A stretch of 63,944 bases of DNA, the filler included, from Vicugna vicugna (taxonomy: Eukaryota): the NCBI GenBank assembly GCA_013265495.1. It is 80 parts of 79 records of this genome, joined end to end, with 100 filler letters (N's around TTAATTAATTAA, not from the genome) between each part and the next. Parts side by side here need not be neighbours in the genome. Positions count along the whole stretch, not along the records: positions 24,827 to 25,840 come from MU062534.1; positions 25,941 to 26,765 come from MU062537.1; positions 26,866 to 27,320 come from MU062540.1; positions 27,421 to 28,227 come from MU062544.1; positions 28,328 to 29,565 come from MU062545.1; positions 29,666 to 30,083 come from PNXW01024873.1; positions 30,184 to 30,903 come from PNXW01024874.1; positions 31,004 to 31,719 come from PNXW01024877.1; 72 more parts are not named here. One strand, given 5' to 3'. How positions within the stretch are numbered: position 1 is the stretch's first letter; each line of letters starts with the position of its first letter. Of this stretch, positions 24,727 through 37,561 are shown one piece after another. Under the pieces are notes generated by a model that worked only from the letters and a program-made list of their open reading frames with translations, was not told where the DNA came from and did no database searches. A program made the position numbers and the translations under genes.

Positions 24727-24826
24727 NNNNNNNNNNNNNNNNNNNNNNNNNNNNNNNNNNNNNNNNNNNNTTAATTAATTAANNNNNNNNNNNNNNNNNN
24801 NNNNNNNNNNNNNNNNNNNNNNNNNN

Positions 24827-25840
24827 CACATGTAATTTGCATTGTTTACATAACCTTGGCATTCCGTACTATGAACATGTTTCATGCATCACCGATTTCT
24901 CAAACATGCATTTCTGAGTTGTGAACATGCGCATGACTGATGTTTCAAACACCAAACAAGTTACCTATACACTCTGAAATATTTACTTTGACTTCGTAGC
25001 TTCTTCCTATCACCAGTTTCAAGAATCACACTTTGATCCCAGAAAAACCCTCTTGGAGCGAATTCTAACCTTGAGATATGTAATTTGAATACATTCCATC
25101 TACATGATATTCGGTGTTCATTACATACTACATACATCACGGATTTCACAAACATGCATTGCTGAGTTGAGAGCATGTGGATTACTAATCTTTCATCCTC
25201 TATAAAATGAATATTATCATCTAGACTCGTGTACACATTTTCACAAGCTTTCCCTAAAACCAGTTTCGAATTCGTGGTTTTTTCACAGAAAAATAGTTCT
25301 GGAGNNNNNNNNNNNNNNNNNNNNNNNNNNNNNNNNNNNNNNNNNNNNNNNNNNNNNNNNNNNNNNNNNNNNNNNNNNNNNNNNNNNNNNNNNNNNNNNN
25401 NNNNNNNNNNNNNNNNNNNNNNNNNNNNNNNNNNNNNNNNNNNNNNNNNNNNNNNNNNNNNNNNNNNNNNNNNNNNNNNNNNNNNNNNNNNNNNNNNNNN
25501 NNNNNNNNNNNNNNNNNNNNNNNNNNNNNNNNNNNNNNNNNNNNNNNNNNNNNNNNNNNNNNNNNNNNNNNNNNNNNNNNNNNNNNNNNNNNNNNNNNNN
25601 NNNNNNNNNNNNNNNNNNNNNNNNNNNNNNNNNNNNNNNNNNNNNNNNNNNNNNNNNNNNNNNNNNNNNNNNNNNNNNNNNNNNNNNNNNNNNNNNNNNN
25701 NNNNNNNNNNNNNNNNNNNNNNNNNNNNNNNNNNNNNNNNNNNNNNNNNNNNNNNNNNNNNNNNNNNNNAATCACTCCTTGATCCCAGAAAAATTCTCTT
25801 GGGCAGAAATCTACCCTAGGGATATGTAATTTGAATAGAT
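24827..25840 (+). repeat. 245-248 bp satellite (family D)
   Basis: caaacatgcat recurs at 24901 and 25149 (248 bp). Matches 61762-62956. Confidence 0.9.
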
Positions 25841-25940
25841 NNNNNNNNNNNNNNNNNNNNNNNNNNNNNNNNNNNNNNNNNNNNTTAATTAATTAANNNN
25901 NNNNNNNNNNNNNNNNNNNNNNNNNNNNNNNNNNNNNNNN

Positions 25941-26765
25941 AACCTCCCCACGCTCAGGATTCCGGAATTATTGTCAGTGCGTGGGTGATCTCGAAAGACA
26001 GCTCCACGCAGCTCTCTTGAGTCACAGGTGTTCCCTGTTCGGGGAAGTCCGAGAAATACCTTCCCTGACCTTGGGGAGGCAGCCTCTGACACTGGGATAT
26101 CCTGCAATCACCCCTAGCATTCCCTGGCAGAGAGAANNNNNNNNNNNNNNNNNNNNNNNNNNNNNNNNNNNNNNNNNNNNNNNNNNNNNNNNNNNNNNNN
26201 NNNNNNNNNNNNNNNNNNNNNNNNNNNNNNNNNNNNNNNNNNNNNNNNNNNNNNNNNNNNNNNNNNNNNNNNNNNNNNNNNNNNNNNNNNNNNNNNNNNN
26301 NNNNNNNNNNNNNNNNNNNNNNNNNNNNNNNNNNNNNNNNNNNNNNNNNNNNNNNNNNNNNNNNNNNNNNNNNNNNNNNNNNNNNNNNNNNNNNNNNNNN
26401 NNNNNNNNNNNNNNNNNNNNNNNNNNNNNNNNNNNNNNNNNNNNNNNNNNNNNNNNNNNNNNNNNNNNNNNNNNNNNNNNNNNNNNNNNNNNNNNNNNNN
26501 NNNNNNNNNNNNNNNNNNNNNNNNNNNNNNNNNNNNNNNNNNNNNNNNNNNNNNNNNNNNNNNNNNNNNNNNNNNNNNNNNNNNNNNNNNNNNNNNNNNC
26601 CTGACTTTGACAGCCTCTGACAATGGAATATCCTGCAATCACCCCTGGCATTCACTGGCACAGAGACATTAGGAAAACAATCAGGGGATACGAGCTTAGG
26701 CATTCAATTAGAACCCACGCGCTGCAGACGGTTGGTGGAACCTCCCCACCCTCAGGATTCCGGAA
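25941..26765 (+). repeat. 267-bp satellite (family A), with internal gap
   Basis: Family A consensus on both sides of the gap. Confidence 0.95.
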
Positions 26766-27854
26766 NNNNNNNNNNNNNNNNNNNNNNNNNNNNNNNNNNN
26801 NNNNNNNNNTTAATTAATTAANNNNNNNNNNNNNNNNNNNNNNNNNNNNNNNNNNNNNNNNNNNNTTCATGTAGGGTTAGGTGGGTTGTGGAAACAGATA
26901 CTGACATCACGGCTGCCACACTGTTGACCCTGTGGCATCACTAACTCTGGTTCTTTCTCTGTGACCTCCCTGAATATGACAGCTCCTTTTAGGCTGTGGA
27001 CATGAGGCTTCTTTCCAGCACTGTCGGTTTTTCNNNNNNNNNNNNNNNNNNNNNNNNNNNNNNNNNNNNNNNNNNNNNNNNNNNNNNNNNNNNNNNNNNN
27101 NNNNNNNNNNNNNNNNNNNNNNNNNNNNNNNNNNNNNNNNNNNNNNNNNNACACTAAAGGGACTACAAACTTGTATCTCATCCACTGTCTTAGTTACATA
27201 CCTGTGCTAGTTTACTTAAAAGTCTGCCAGTTAGGGTCTAAAAGTCTTTTACATCTCTGGCCTTATCATTTCTATCCGCTCCCCCACCCCATGGAATAGC
27301 TTACCGCAGATCTCTGCTGCNNNNNNNNNNNNNNNNNNNNNNNNNNNNNNNNNNNNNNNNNNNNTTAATTAATTAANNNNNNNNNNNNNNNNNNNNNNNN
27401 NNNNNNNNNNNNNNNNNNNNAAGCAGTGGATACACGTAAATATTCACGACTGTCAACTCCGCTCAAAGGTCTGGGTCCTTCACTGCCTGAACGGGGGTGA
27501 AATCCCCACCCGTGTCTGGGAGGGAAGCGCGGCTCTTCCCGGGCTCACCCAGGCTTCACAGGCTATTTCCCCCCACAGACTGTCCTCAACAATTAAAAAG
27601 CTCTCAAGATTTTTACACCATGCAAAACTGAAAGACATTTCTGCATATGGAGCACTTTCTCAGGCTTAAACCTATTTTGCCTACACTCAGCAGCAAGGGG
27701 AAGAAACATGACTCTGCAAAGTCTCTGAGTCTCACCACTCACACGAGTAGAACGGCCTCAGCACAAGATGAGCCTTCACATTGCAGGATGAGAACAAAAT
27801 AAAGCCAACCCCAACCACAGGCACTCCCAGAGACAGCGCTCAGCTGCCTTCTGT

Positions 27855-28100
27855 GCACTCATGGTTGTGCAGCCCTCACCACCATCTATTTCCAGAACAC
27901 TTCATCACCCGTATAGAATCCTCCTGTCACTAGCAGTCCCTCCCTAATCCCCCTCCACCCAGCCCCTTGCAACCATCACCTGCTCTCTGCCTCTGCTTGT
28001 GCCTTTTCTGGGCATTTCAGATCACTGAAATCAATAATATGTGGCCGTTTGTTTCTGGTTCCTTTCACTTAACATGCTGTTATCAAGGCTCGTCCATGTA
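27855..28100 (-). mobile_element. L1MB-like 3' UTR fragment
   Basis: caccaccatctatttccagaac...cagccccttgcaacca...tttcacttaacatg...aaggctcgtccatgt. Confidence 0.7.
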
Positions 28101-28327
28101 TTTTTGAAAAAAGTTTATTTGAAGGTGGTAAGTACTATCAAAAAGAGTAGAGTGGAGTATAAGGGATTGGGTTTCAAAGGGAAAAGGGCGGGTTGAAAAG
28201 TCAGGGTGGACTTCCCAGAGCAGAGCANNNNNNNNNNNNNNNNNNNNNNNNNNNNNNNNNNNNNNNNNNNNTTAATTAATTAANNNNNNNNNNNNNNNNN
28301 NNNNNNNNNNNNNNNNNNNNNNNNNNN

Positions 28328-29565
28328 GAGACAACTCCACGCAGCTCTCTTCAGTCATAGGTGTTCTCTGTTAAGGGAAGTCCGAGAAATACCTTCCCTG
28401 ACCTTGGTTAGGCAGCCTCTGTCACTGGGATATCCTGCAAATCCCCCTAGCATTCCCTGGCACAGAGACATTAGGAAAATCCTCAGGGGAGACGAGCTTA
28501 GGCTTNNNNNNNNNNNNNNNNNNNNNNNNNNNNNNNNNNNNNNNNNNNNNNNNNNNNNNNNNNNNNNNNNNNNNNNNNNNNNNNNNNNNNNNNNNNNNNN
28601 NNNNNNNNNNNNNNNNNNNNNNNNNNNNNNNNNNNNNNNNNNNNNNNNNNNNNNNNNNNNNNNNNNNNNNNNNNNNNNNNNNNNNNNNNNNNNNNNNNNN
28701 NNNNNNNNNNNNNNNNNNNNNNNNNNNNNNNNNNNNNNNNNNNNNNNNNNNNNNNNNNNNNNNNNNNNNNNNNNNNNNNNNNNNNNNNNNNNNNNNNNNN
28801 NNNNNNNNNNNNNNNNNNNNNNNNNNNNNNNNNNNNNNNNNNNNNNNNNNNNNNNNNNNNNNNNNNNNNNNNNNNNNNNNNNNNNNNNNNNNNNNNNNNN
28901 NNNNNNNNNNNNNNNNNNNNNNNNNNNNNNNNNNNNNNNNNNNNNNNNNNNNNNNNNNNNNNTCTGTCACTGGAATTCCTGCAACAACCCATAGCATTCC
29001 CTGGCACAGAGACAAGAGGAAAATCCTCAGGGAAGATAAGCACAGGCATTCCCTTAAACCCCACGTGCTGCCGACCTTTGTTGGATCCTCCCCACGATCA
29101 GGATTCCGGAACCATTGTCATTGATTGGGGAACTCGAGAGACAACTCCACGCAGCTCTCTTCAGTCACAGGTGTTCCCTGCACGGGGAAGTCAGAGAAAT
29201 ACCTTCCCTGACCTTGGGGAGGCCTCCTCTGTCACTGGGAATTCCTGCAACCCCCCCTAGCTATCCCTGGCAGAGAGAAATGAGGAAAACCCTCAGGGGA
29301 CAAGAGCACATTCATTCAATTAGAACCCACGCGCTGCCGACCGTTGGCGGAACCTCCCCACGCTCAGGATTCCGGGAACATTGTCATTGAGTGGGGGAGC
29401 TCGAGAGAAAACTCCACGCAGCTCTCTTCAGTCACAGGTGTTCCCTGCACGGGGAAGTCAGAGAAATACCTTCCCTGACCTTGGGGAAACAGCCTCTGTC
29501 CCTGGGATTCCCTGCAACCACCCTAGCATTCCCAGGCACAGAGACATTTGGAAAACCCTCAGGGG
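28328..29565 (+). repeat. 267-bp satellite (family A)
   Basis: ctcgagag at 29133 and 29400 (267 bp). Confidence 0.95.
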
Positions 29566-29805
29566 NNNNNNNNNNNNNNNNNNNNNNNNNNNNNNNNNNN
29601 NNNNNNNNNTTAATTAATTAANNNNNNNNNNNNNNNNNNNNNNNNNNNNNNNNNNNNNNNNNNNNTAATTTATTGAACTTTTGGAAACAGACTAGCTCTC
29701 TAGCTCAGGGAAAAGGCATTAATGTGATGGTCAGAGGCAGGTGACTGTGTGTGATACTAAAGTACCTGCTACCAGCACATTATGCCCACTAAAAACACAA
29801 ATATC

Positions 29806-29908
29806 GGGGGGAAGGGTGGGTATAGCTCAGTGGCAGAGCACGTGCTAACCATGTACAAGGTCCTGGGTTGAAGCCCCATTACCTCCATTAAAAATGAAAG
29901 TTGAAAAG
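29806..29908 (+). mobile_element. Vic-1-like SINE
   Basis: gggtatagctcagtggcagagc...ggtcctgggttgaagcccc, with a degenerate TSD (aaaacacaaata / aaagcacaagta). Confidence 0.85.
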
Positions 29909-31559
29909 AAAGCACAAGTAACTGTCACAATTTAAAAGCACTGCACGGTCCACGCTCCAAGCCTTCTCCTCACATCCCTCTGTCTCTTCTGTCCGAAGGG
30001 CCTGAGGGTGTGATGTGGAAGGGGAATGCATTAGCAATCCCTGCATTTCTATTTTCAACCACCCCAGTCACACAAAATTAAAANNNNNNNNNNNNNNNNN
30101 NNNNNNNNNNNNNNNNNNNNNNNNNNNTTAATTAATTAANNNNNNNNNNNNNNNNNNNNNNNNNNNNNNNNNNNNNNNNNNNNAAAAAATAAAGGGATTT
30201 CATTTGTGTCTGAACGTATTGTCAACAAAACCAACCCAACAAAGTTGCCGCTTTCTCATAATTAAAGAAAATTCTGAAATAGACATTGGTTCAGGTATTA
30301 ATTCAAACAGGTGATTTTGGTGCTGAAACCAACAGGGAGGGTTTCTGGTTACAGCTAACGGATACACCCATGCCTTAGTTTCCAACCTCCATGTTTCGAT
30401 GTAGGTCTTAAACAGAGTAATTCTTTAAATTTTCCTGATACCATACCATCGATCTGGAAAGTCAACAGGGGAATGAAATTTTGATTATTGCATTTTAAAT
30501 TTTGTTCAAAGTATTGTACAAATTGTAGTTTTCCAGGAAGTTATTGAATGATTACTCAACTTGAGTAGTCTAAAGTGTGGGGAGTTTAGGATCAACTGAC
30601 TCTCCAAGTATAACCTTCACGAGGCCAGTTCAGATGCACACCTTCATCAGCTGAGTGTTGTGGGGCAGCCTAGTGCTCATTCTGACAGGGCCTAAACCCA
30701 GAGGGAACAACAATCAACTGGGCAACTGGGCAAGATCCTCTATCATTTTTTGAAATAGAAAAACCACTTGTAGGACTCACTTTAAGATCCAGATGCTGTC
30801 AACTCTGCTGTTTCATCCCCAGATGCTCTTAGCCATTCTGCTCCCCCTCATCCTTACTCAGCAGAGCCTCACTCTACCCCTCCTCTCCACGACCACTCTC
30901 AACNNNNNNNNNNNNNNNNNNNNNNNNNNNNNNNNNNNNNNNNNNNNTTAATTAATTAANNNNNNNNNNNNNNNNNNNNNNNNNNNNNNNNNNNNNNNNN
31001 NNNTTGAGGTATTTGACAGCAAATCCAAGAAGACATGTCATTTTACCCCATGTACTCAGGTAGGCATGTCTGAAAAATGAAGGCCTTTTCTTTAATCAGG
31101 TTTTTCCATTTGACCGATGTGCTCATTAAGTACCAGCTGTATCAGGCATCTCACTAGGCATTAGGGATCCTTGGGGCAATGAGACAGTCTTGGCTCCCAA
31201 GGAAGTTTAAGGGCTGATGGAAGAAACCAACACAGGAGCTTGGGTGCCTCACTTAAGGTCCCTGCTGGATGACACCATTTGGACAAATTTGTGCACAATG
31301 CAGTAGGATTCATAGAAGGGACTGGTCAGACTTGTAGGGCAAGTCGTGAGAGAGGCAATCAGCAGGGCTACAAGAGGTGGAATCATTTGATAAGAATCTG
31401 AAATCCTTACTGCCAACCTTTCTACCAAGCCCCCAGGGCCCATCACACACCACCCTGTGCTGTAACTGTTTTTGATTCCAGTTACCACATCTCCTTCAGG
31501 AAGGATTTTAAAGTGGAAAATATTTAAAATCCGTAATTGTTGCCAGAAGGGACATAGAA

Positions 31560-31708
31560 CAAGGAACATGTAAACAACAGATATGTCCATCAGCACATGA
31601 CTGGATAAAGAGGAGCTGATACGTATATACAATGGAATACTACTCAGCCATAAAAGATGCCATTTGAAGCAACATGGATGTACCTGAAGACCGTCATTCT
31701 AAGTGAAC
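31560..31708 (+). mobile_element. L1 ORF2 C-terminal fragment
   Basis: atgtccatca...gactggataaag...tacaatggaatactactcagccataaaa...gcaacatggatg. Confidence 0.85.
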
Positions 31709-31819
31709 TGGGGTTGAAANNNNNNNNNNNNNNNNNNNNNNNNNNNNNNNNNNNNNNNNNNNNTTAATTAATTAANNNNNNNNNNNNNNNNNNNNNNNNN
31801 NNNNNNNNNNNNNNNNNNN

Positions 31820-32652
31820 ATATAGAATGTAGAACACAGAAAATGTAATACAGCATGCAGAATAAACAATACAGAATATAGAATGCAGAACACAGTATAT
31901 AGAATGTGGAAAACAGAATACAGAACTCAGAAATTTGAACTGGAATGCTGAACACAGAATTTAGAATATAGAATACAGAATACTGAATAAAGAATTTGGA
32001 ACATGGAATGCAGAACACAGAATTTAGAATATAGAATACAGAAAACTGAATATAGAATTTAGAATATAGAATGTAGAACACAGAATATAGAATNNNNNNN
32101 NNNNNNNNNNNNNNNNNNNNNNNNNNNNNNNNNNNNNNNNNNNNNNNNNNNNNNNNNNNNNNNNNNNNNNNNNNNNNNNNNNNNNNNNNNNNNNNNNNNN
32201 NNNNNNNNNNNNNNNNNNNNNNNNNNNNNNNNNNNNNNNNNNNNNNNNNNNNNNNNNNNNNNNNNNNNNNNNNNNNNNNNNNNNNNNNNNNNNNNNNNNA
32301 ATATAGAATTTATAATATACAATGTAGAACACAGAATTTAGAATATAGAATAAAGAATACTGAATATAGAATTTAGAATATACAATGTAGAACACAGAAT
32401 ATAGAAAATAGGTTAGGGAATACATAACCCAGAATTTAGAACATGGAATGCAGAACACAGAATTTAGAATATAGAATACAGAATACTGAATATAGAATTT
32501 AGAATATAGAATGTAGATCACAGAATATAGAATATAGAATACGGAATGCAGAATATACAGTACAGAATATAGAATGTAGAACTCAGAATATAGAATATAG
32601 AATATATAATATAGAAACCAAAATTTAGAACATGGAATGCAGAACACAGAAT
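31820..32652 (-). repeat. Heptamer satellite (family C, AGAATAT strand)
   Basis: AGAA recurs every 7 bp. Confidence 0.95.
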
Positions 32653-32752
32653 NNNNNNNNNNNNNNNNNNNNNNNNNNNNNNNNNNNNNNNNNNNNTTAA
32701 TTAATTAANNNNNNNNNNNNNNNNNNNNNNNNNNNNNNNNNNNNNNNNNNNN

Positions 32753-33328
32753 CAAACACACGAAGATGTGTTCTGGTATTCTGAGTGTGGGGAAGTTTTT
32801 CAAACTGACAGCAGCACCTGAGTTCTATAAGTATCCCTTAGCTTCAGTTCCCTGAGTGTTATTTTAGGCCAGGCCATGAGGGAAAGTTGGGGGTTGGGCT
32901 TGGAGGTCATGTAGCCGTGAGTGCCCCCTGATCCATTGAGGAAGTACTTAGAGGACTTCTCCCTAAACGGAACACCTTTTCCTCCATTNNNNNNNNNNNN
33001 NNNNNNNNNNNNNNNNNNNNNNNNNNNNNNNNNNNNNNNNNNNNNNNNNNNNNNNNNNNNNNNNNNNNNNNNNNNNNNNNNNNNNNNNNNNNNNNNNNNN
33101 NNNNNNNNNNNNNNNNNNNNNNNNNNNNNNNTTCTAATTGAATCCCTTTGCTTGTCTTCCCTGATGGAAAGCCTAGGCGGGAGTGCGGGGGACAGTGTGG
33201 TTTGGGCCCCGAAACCAAGTATTTGCGATGACCTCTCTATGCTTTGTGGAGGTTTTTAAACTACATCACTAACCTGGGAACAACTGTGCCCCCATAAAGA
33301 TACGTGGAGTCTTTTTCCACACCTCCAG
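32753..33328 (-). repeat. Diverged ~266-bp satellite (family B)
   Basis: Reverse-complement family B core (aactgacagcagc). Colinear with 63057-63520. Confidence 0.9.
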
Positions 33329-34311
33329 NNNNNNNNNNNNNNNNNNNNNNNNNNNNNNNNNNNNNNNNNNNNTTAATTAATTAANNNNNNNNNNNNNNNN
33401 NNNNNNNNNNNNNNNNNNNNNNNNNNNNCAAGACAGTATAGGTAAATATTATAAGTCAGATAGTGAACGGAACGGTAAAAGTCGACAATGACATTAAAGA
33501 CACAGTTTATGTGGACATTCTTTCATTGAGTCAAGCCCCCGTGGGCACTATCTCATGGGGGTGCAGACTCGGTTGCGTTAAATTGCTTTACCCAACATGA
33601 TCGGATGATTAAGCTTTCTCATCACTGATANNNNNNNNNNNNNNNNNNNNNNNNNNNNNNNNNNNNNNNNNNNNNNNNNNNNNNNNNNNNNNNNNNNNNN
33701 NNNNNNNNNNNNNNNNNNNNNNNNNNNNNNNNNNNNNNNNNNNNNNNNNNNNNNNNNNNNNNNNNNNNNNNNNNNNNNNNNNNNNNNNNNNNNNNNNNNN
33801 NNNNNNNNNNNNNNNNNNNNNNNNNNNNNNNNNNNNNNNNNNNNNNNNNNNNNNNNNNNNNNNNNNNNNNNNNNNNNNNNNNNNNNNNNNNNNNNNNNNN
33901 NNNNNNNNNNNNNNNNNNNNNNNNNNNNNNNNNNNNNNNNNNNNNNNNNNNNNNNNNNNNNNNNNNNNNNNNNNNNNNNNNNNNNNNNNNNNNNNNNNNN
34001 NNNNNNNNNNNNNNTTGACAAGTCTGGCTTCTAGGTCGATTTAGGATGTTTCAAAAACTAACTTCATTTTCGTATAACTCTCAAAACACGGAAATCATAT
34101 CTATTAAACTTTTTAAAGGCTGCAAATGAAATATCAACACAATGTCAAAACTGGAGTCTTCAGAATATCCCTCCCACCATGGCTGTATAGAAACAAAGAG
34201 CTAAACAAAAANNNNNNNNNNNNNNNNNNNNNNNNNNNNNNNNNNNNNNNNNNNNTTAATTAATTAANNNNNNNNNNNNNNNNNNNNNNNNNNNNNNNNN
34301 NNNNNNNNNNN

Positions 34312-34836
34312 TTAAAACAGAGACTTCTATTTCTTCTGCCAGAAAGTCAGCTAGACCAGCAGATCTTTGAAAATTCTGCCGTATTTAACTAAACCCATAA
34401 AAGATAAGCTGTCTAACTAAACATTTCATACTTCCAGTTTCAAATATTCTGAAAGGGGCCATTCTTTCCAAAACATCCTTCTTAAAGACATCTTCGTCAA
34501 TCACTATGGAAGTTCCATTATCATCCCAACAGATGGATTTAAATTGGTCACTCCAAGCCATTTTCCAGAGAAAGCCATTTTCCAGAGATTACTTGGAAGT
34601 GTCAGAGAATGAAAATCATTATCTTCATCTGGTTCCGAGACACAATCTGTGTAACATTGTCTTTTTATCAAGGATTCTTCTGACAAAGTCTGAAAAGCAT
34701 TTTCTTCAATCATACACCTCAAGTCAAAGTCCTCAGAGAATGTTTGATCACACAATAGAGATCTACTGGAGTTTCCTGAACCAGTTTGTCCAGTTTTACG
34801 AGACACATCTTGAATTTCTGAAGAAATATTTTCCAT
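34312..34836 (-). pseudogene. HSFY: HSFY (heat shock transcription factor, Y-linked) exon 1 pseudogene
   Basis: MENISSEIQDVS...DFDLRCMIEENAFQTLS...CVSEPDEDNDFHSLTLPSNLWKM matches the HSFY N-terminus. A 17-bp tandem duplication (34555-34588) shifts the frame. Removing it gives the HSF DNA-binding domain SDQFKSICWDDNGTSIVIDEDVFKKDVLERMAPFRIFETGSMKCLVRQLIFYGFS*IRQNFQRSA, with a TAA at 34387-34385. Confidence 0.93.
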
Positions 34837-34979
34837 CTCAAATAACTTTTTCTATAGCTACTTTTCCAATCTGAANNNNNNNNNNNNNNNNNNNNNNNNN
34901 NNNNNNNNNNNNNNNNNNNTTAATTAATTAANNNNNNNNNNNNNNNNNNNNNNNNNNNNNNNNNNNNNNNNNNNNGGAA

Positions 34980-35350
34980 GAGCTGGGTCAAATGCTGCTG
35001 AGGGGCCAAGCATGATGAGGGCTGAAAATTGACCACTATATTTGGCAACTTGGGATCACTGATGGCCTTGACAGGGCAGTTTCCACAGAGCGAGGGATCA
35101 GGGAAACAGCCAGAGTGGGTGTAAAAGTGGATGGCTCAAGGGAAGATGCAGAGAATGAGTTTAAACAACTCCGTAAAGATTTGCTGCAAAGACACAGGGT
35201 GGCAATTGATGGGGGCGAATTAGGGTCAAGGAGTGCTGTTTCTTTCTTTTAAGAGGATGGACTTTTATATACTGATGGGAGCCAACTAGCAGGAGAACAA
35301 AATAGATGAGGTAGTGAAAGAGAGGATGGTTTTGGGAGTGACAACCCAGA
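34980..35350 (-). mobile_element. L2 LINE fragment
   Basis: gtcaaatgctgctgag...aattgacca...ccttgacagggcagtttc is the reverse complement of the L2 ORF2 region. Confidence 0.75.
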
Positions 35351-36498
35351 GAANNNNNNNNNNNNNNNNNNNNNNNNNNNNNNNNNNNNNNNNNNNNNNN
35401 NNNNNNNNNNNNNNNNNNNNNNNNNNNNNNNNNNNNNNNNNNNNNNNNNNNNNNNNNNNNNNNNNNNNNNNNNNGTGAAATTTCTCTTCCATTGGCTTGT
35501 TTGCTTGTTCAGAGTAGAAAAGTAACCTTACCAGCTGAGGGATGAGGATGAAGAAAGAGTTACTGGAGCCATGAGAGGAAGATAAAAAAGAGCCTGCCAG
35601 GGAGAATGGGACAGTGAAAAGAGCAGGGGGANNNNNNNNNNNNNNNNNNNNNNNNNNNNNNNNNNNNNNNNNNNNTTAATTAATTAANNNNNNNNNNNNN
35701 NNNNNNNNNNNNNNNNNNNNNNNNNNNNNNNAAGTATTATTGCCTAATAACTAGAGATACACTTTCCAATGTTTGGTGTAGCTTCTGATTGATTTCGGTT
35801 TGGCATTGGTTCATAGTGATTTTCAAGTTTTGCTGCACCCCAGTTTTTCTACCCCTCAGCATAAGTAAATGATTGTCATCGAGATACTTAACCAGATATG
35901 GATGTTTTTTATTTAAAGGAATCCAAGGTAAATTCTTTTTGTGAATTCAAAAAACTTGTAACACTAAAAACATTAAGTTCTGTTTTTAAGTTTAAAATGT
36001 TTATCATTTTCTTCTGTAAGAGTACATTCTTAATTGCTATTTTACTTACAGCATTGTTATTTTAATGGTTATAAAATGTCTTACTGAGCAATTGTAGGAC
36101 ATTTCTAAAGATGTAGTCAAGTAAAGCAAATATTTAAATTTTTAAAATGAAGTTCGCTTATGTCTCTGTCCTGCCCTCACCTGCAGGAATACCGAGGTGG
36201 CAATTATAGGGAGTCTTTAAATTACAACCAGTTTTCGTTGTCTATCGTTGTTAAAATAGCCATTGAAATCGGTGCACGTGGGTTTCTGGTTTGATGGTGT
36301 TTTTGTGATCTTGATACAGAGAAGGGTAGCACGGGCCCTTGTTGAATGAGGTTTCAACCTGCTTTTTCTCACTTGGCTTCATGTCATAATAAATCAAANN
36401 NNNNNNNNNNNNNNNNNNNNNNNNNNNNNNNNNNNNNNNNNNTTAATTAATTAANNNNNNNNNNNNNNNNNNNNNNNNNNNNNNNNNNNNNNNNNNNN

Positions 36499-37461
36499 AT
36501 TCGGAATGCAGGATATAGAATGAAGAACACAAAATAAAGAATTGAAAAAAGAGAACATAGAACCAACAATTTAGTAATTGAATGCAGAACACAGAATTAA
36601 GAATAAAGAATACAGAATATTGAATATATAATTTAGAATAGAGAATGTAGAACACAGAATATAGAATATAATATGGAATGCAGATTATAGAATGTAGAAT
36701 ATAGAATGAAGAAAACAAAATATAGAATATAAAAAGAGAATATAGAACACAGAATTTAGAGATGGAATGCAGAACACAGAATTTAGAATATACAATACAG
36801 GATACTGAATATAGAATTTTGAATCTAGAATTCAGAACACAGAATATAGAATATAGTGTACGGAATGCAAAATATATTATGTAGAGTATCCAATTAAGAA
36901 CACACATTATAGAATATAGAATAGAGGATATAGAACCCAGAATTTAGGACATGGAATGCAAAAAAACAGAATATAGAATATAGAATACAGAATACTGAAT
37001 ATAAAATTTAGAATATAGAATGTAGAACACAGAATATAATATATAGAATAAAGAATATAAAATCCAGAATTTAGAACTTGGAATGCAGAACACAGAATTA
37101 AGAATATAGGATACAGAATACTGAATATAGAATTTAGAACATAGAATGCAGAACACAGAATATATAATATATAATACAGACCACTGAATATAGAATTTAG
37201 AACATGGAATGCAGAACACTGAATTTAGAATATACAATAAAGAATACTGAATATAGAATTTAGAATATAGAATGTAGAACACATAATAAAGAATAGAGAA
37301 TAGAGAATATAGAACCCAGAATTTAGAACATGGAATGCAGAACACAGAATTTAGACTATAGAAATAGAATACAGAATAATGAATATAGAATTTAGAATAT
37401 AATATGTAAAACACAAAATATAGAATATAGAATACGGAATGCAGAATATAGTATGTAGAAT
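36499..37461 (-). repeat. Heptamer satellite (family C)
   Basis: AGAA recurs every 7 bp. Confidence 0.95.
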
Positions 37462-37561
37462 NNNNNNNNNNNNNNNNNNNNNNNNNNNNNNNNNNNNNNN
37501 NNNNNTTAATTAATTAANNNNNNNNNNNNNNNNNNNNNNNNNNNNNNNNNNNNNNNNNNNN

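Noticed and set aside
36181..36398. Possible terminal exon (ctgcag acceptor, AATAAA near 36388); similar acceptor-like sites at about 12221 and 30407
   Set aside because: The frames are short and I recognise no protein, so there is not enough evidence.
36443..37414. Long hydrophobic Tyr/Ile/Phe/Ser-rich ORFs resembling membrane proteins (also near 23544, 32024, 41198 and 53567)
   Set aside because: They are translations of the T-rich strand of the heptamer satellite.
31820..37461. A functional link between the HSFY fragment and nearby GAA-rich satellite as heat-shock elements
   Set aside because: They lie on separate scaffolds. The GAA units are direct repeats at 7-bp spacing, not the inverted nGAAn pentamers of a heat-shock element.
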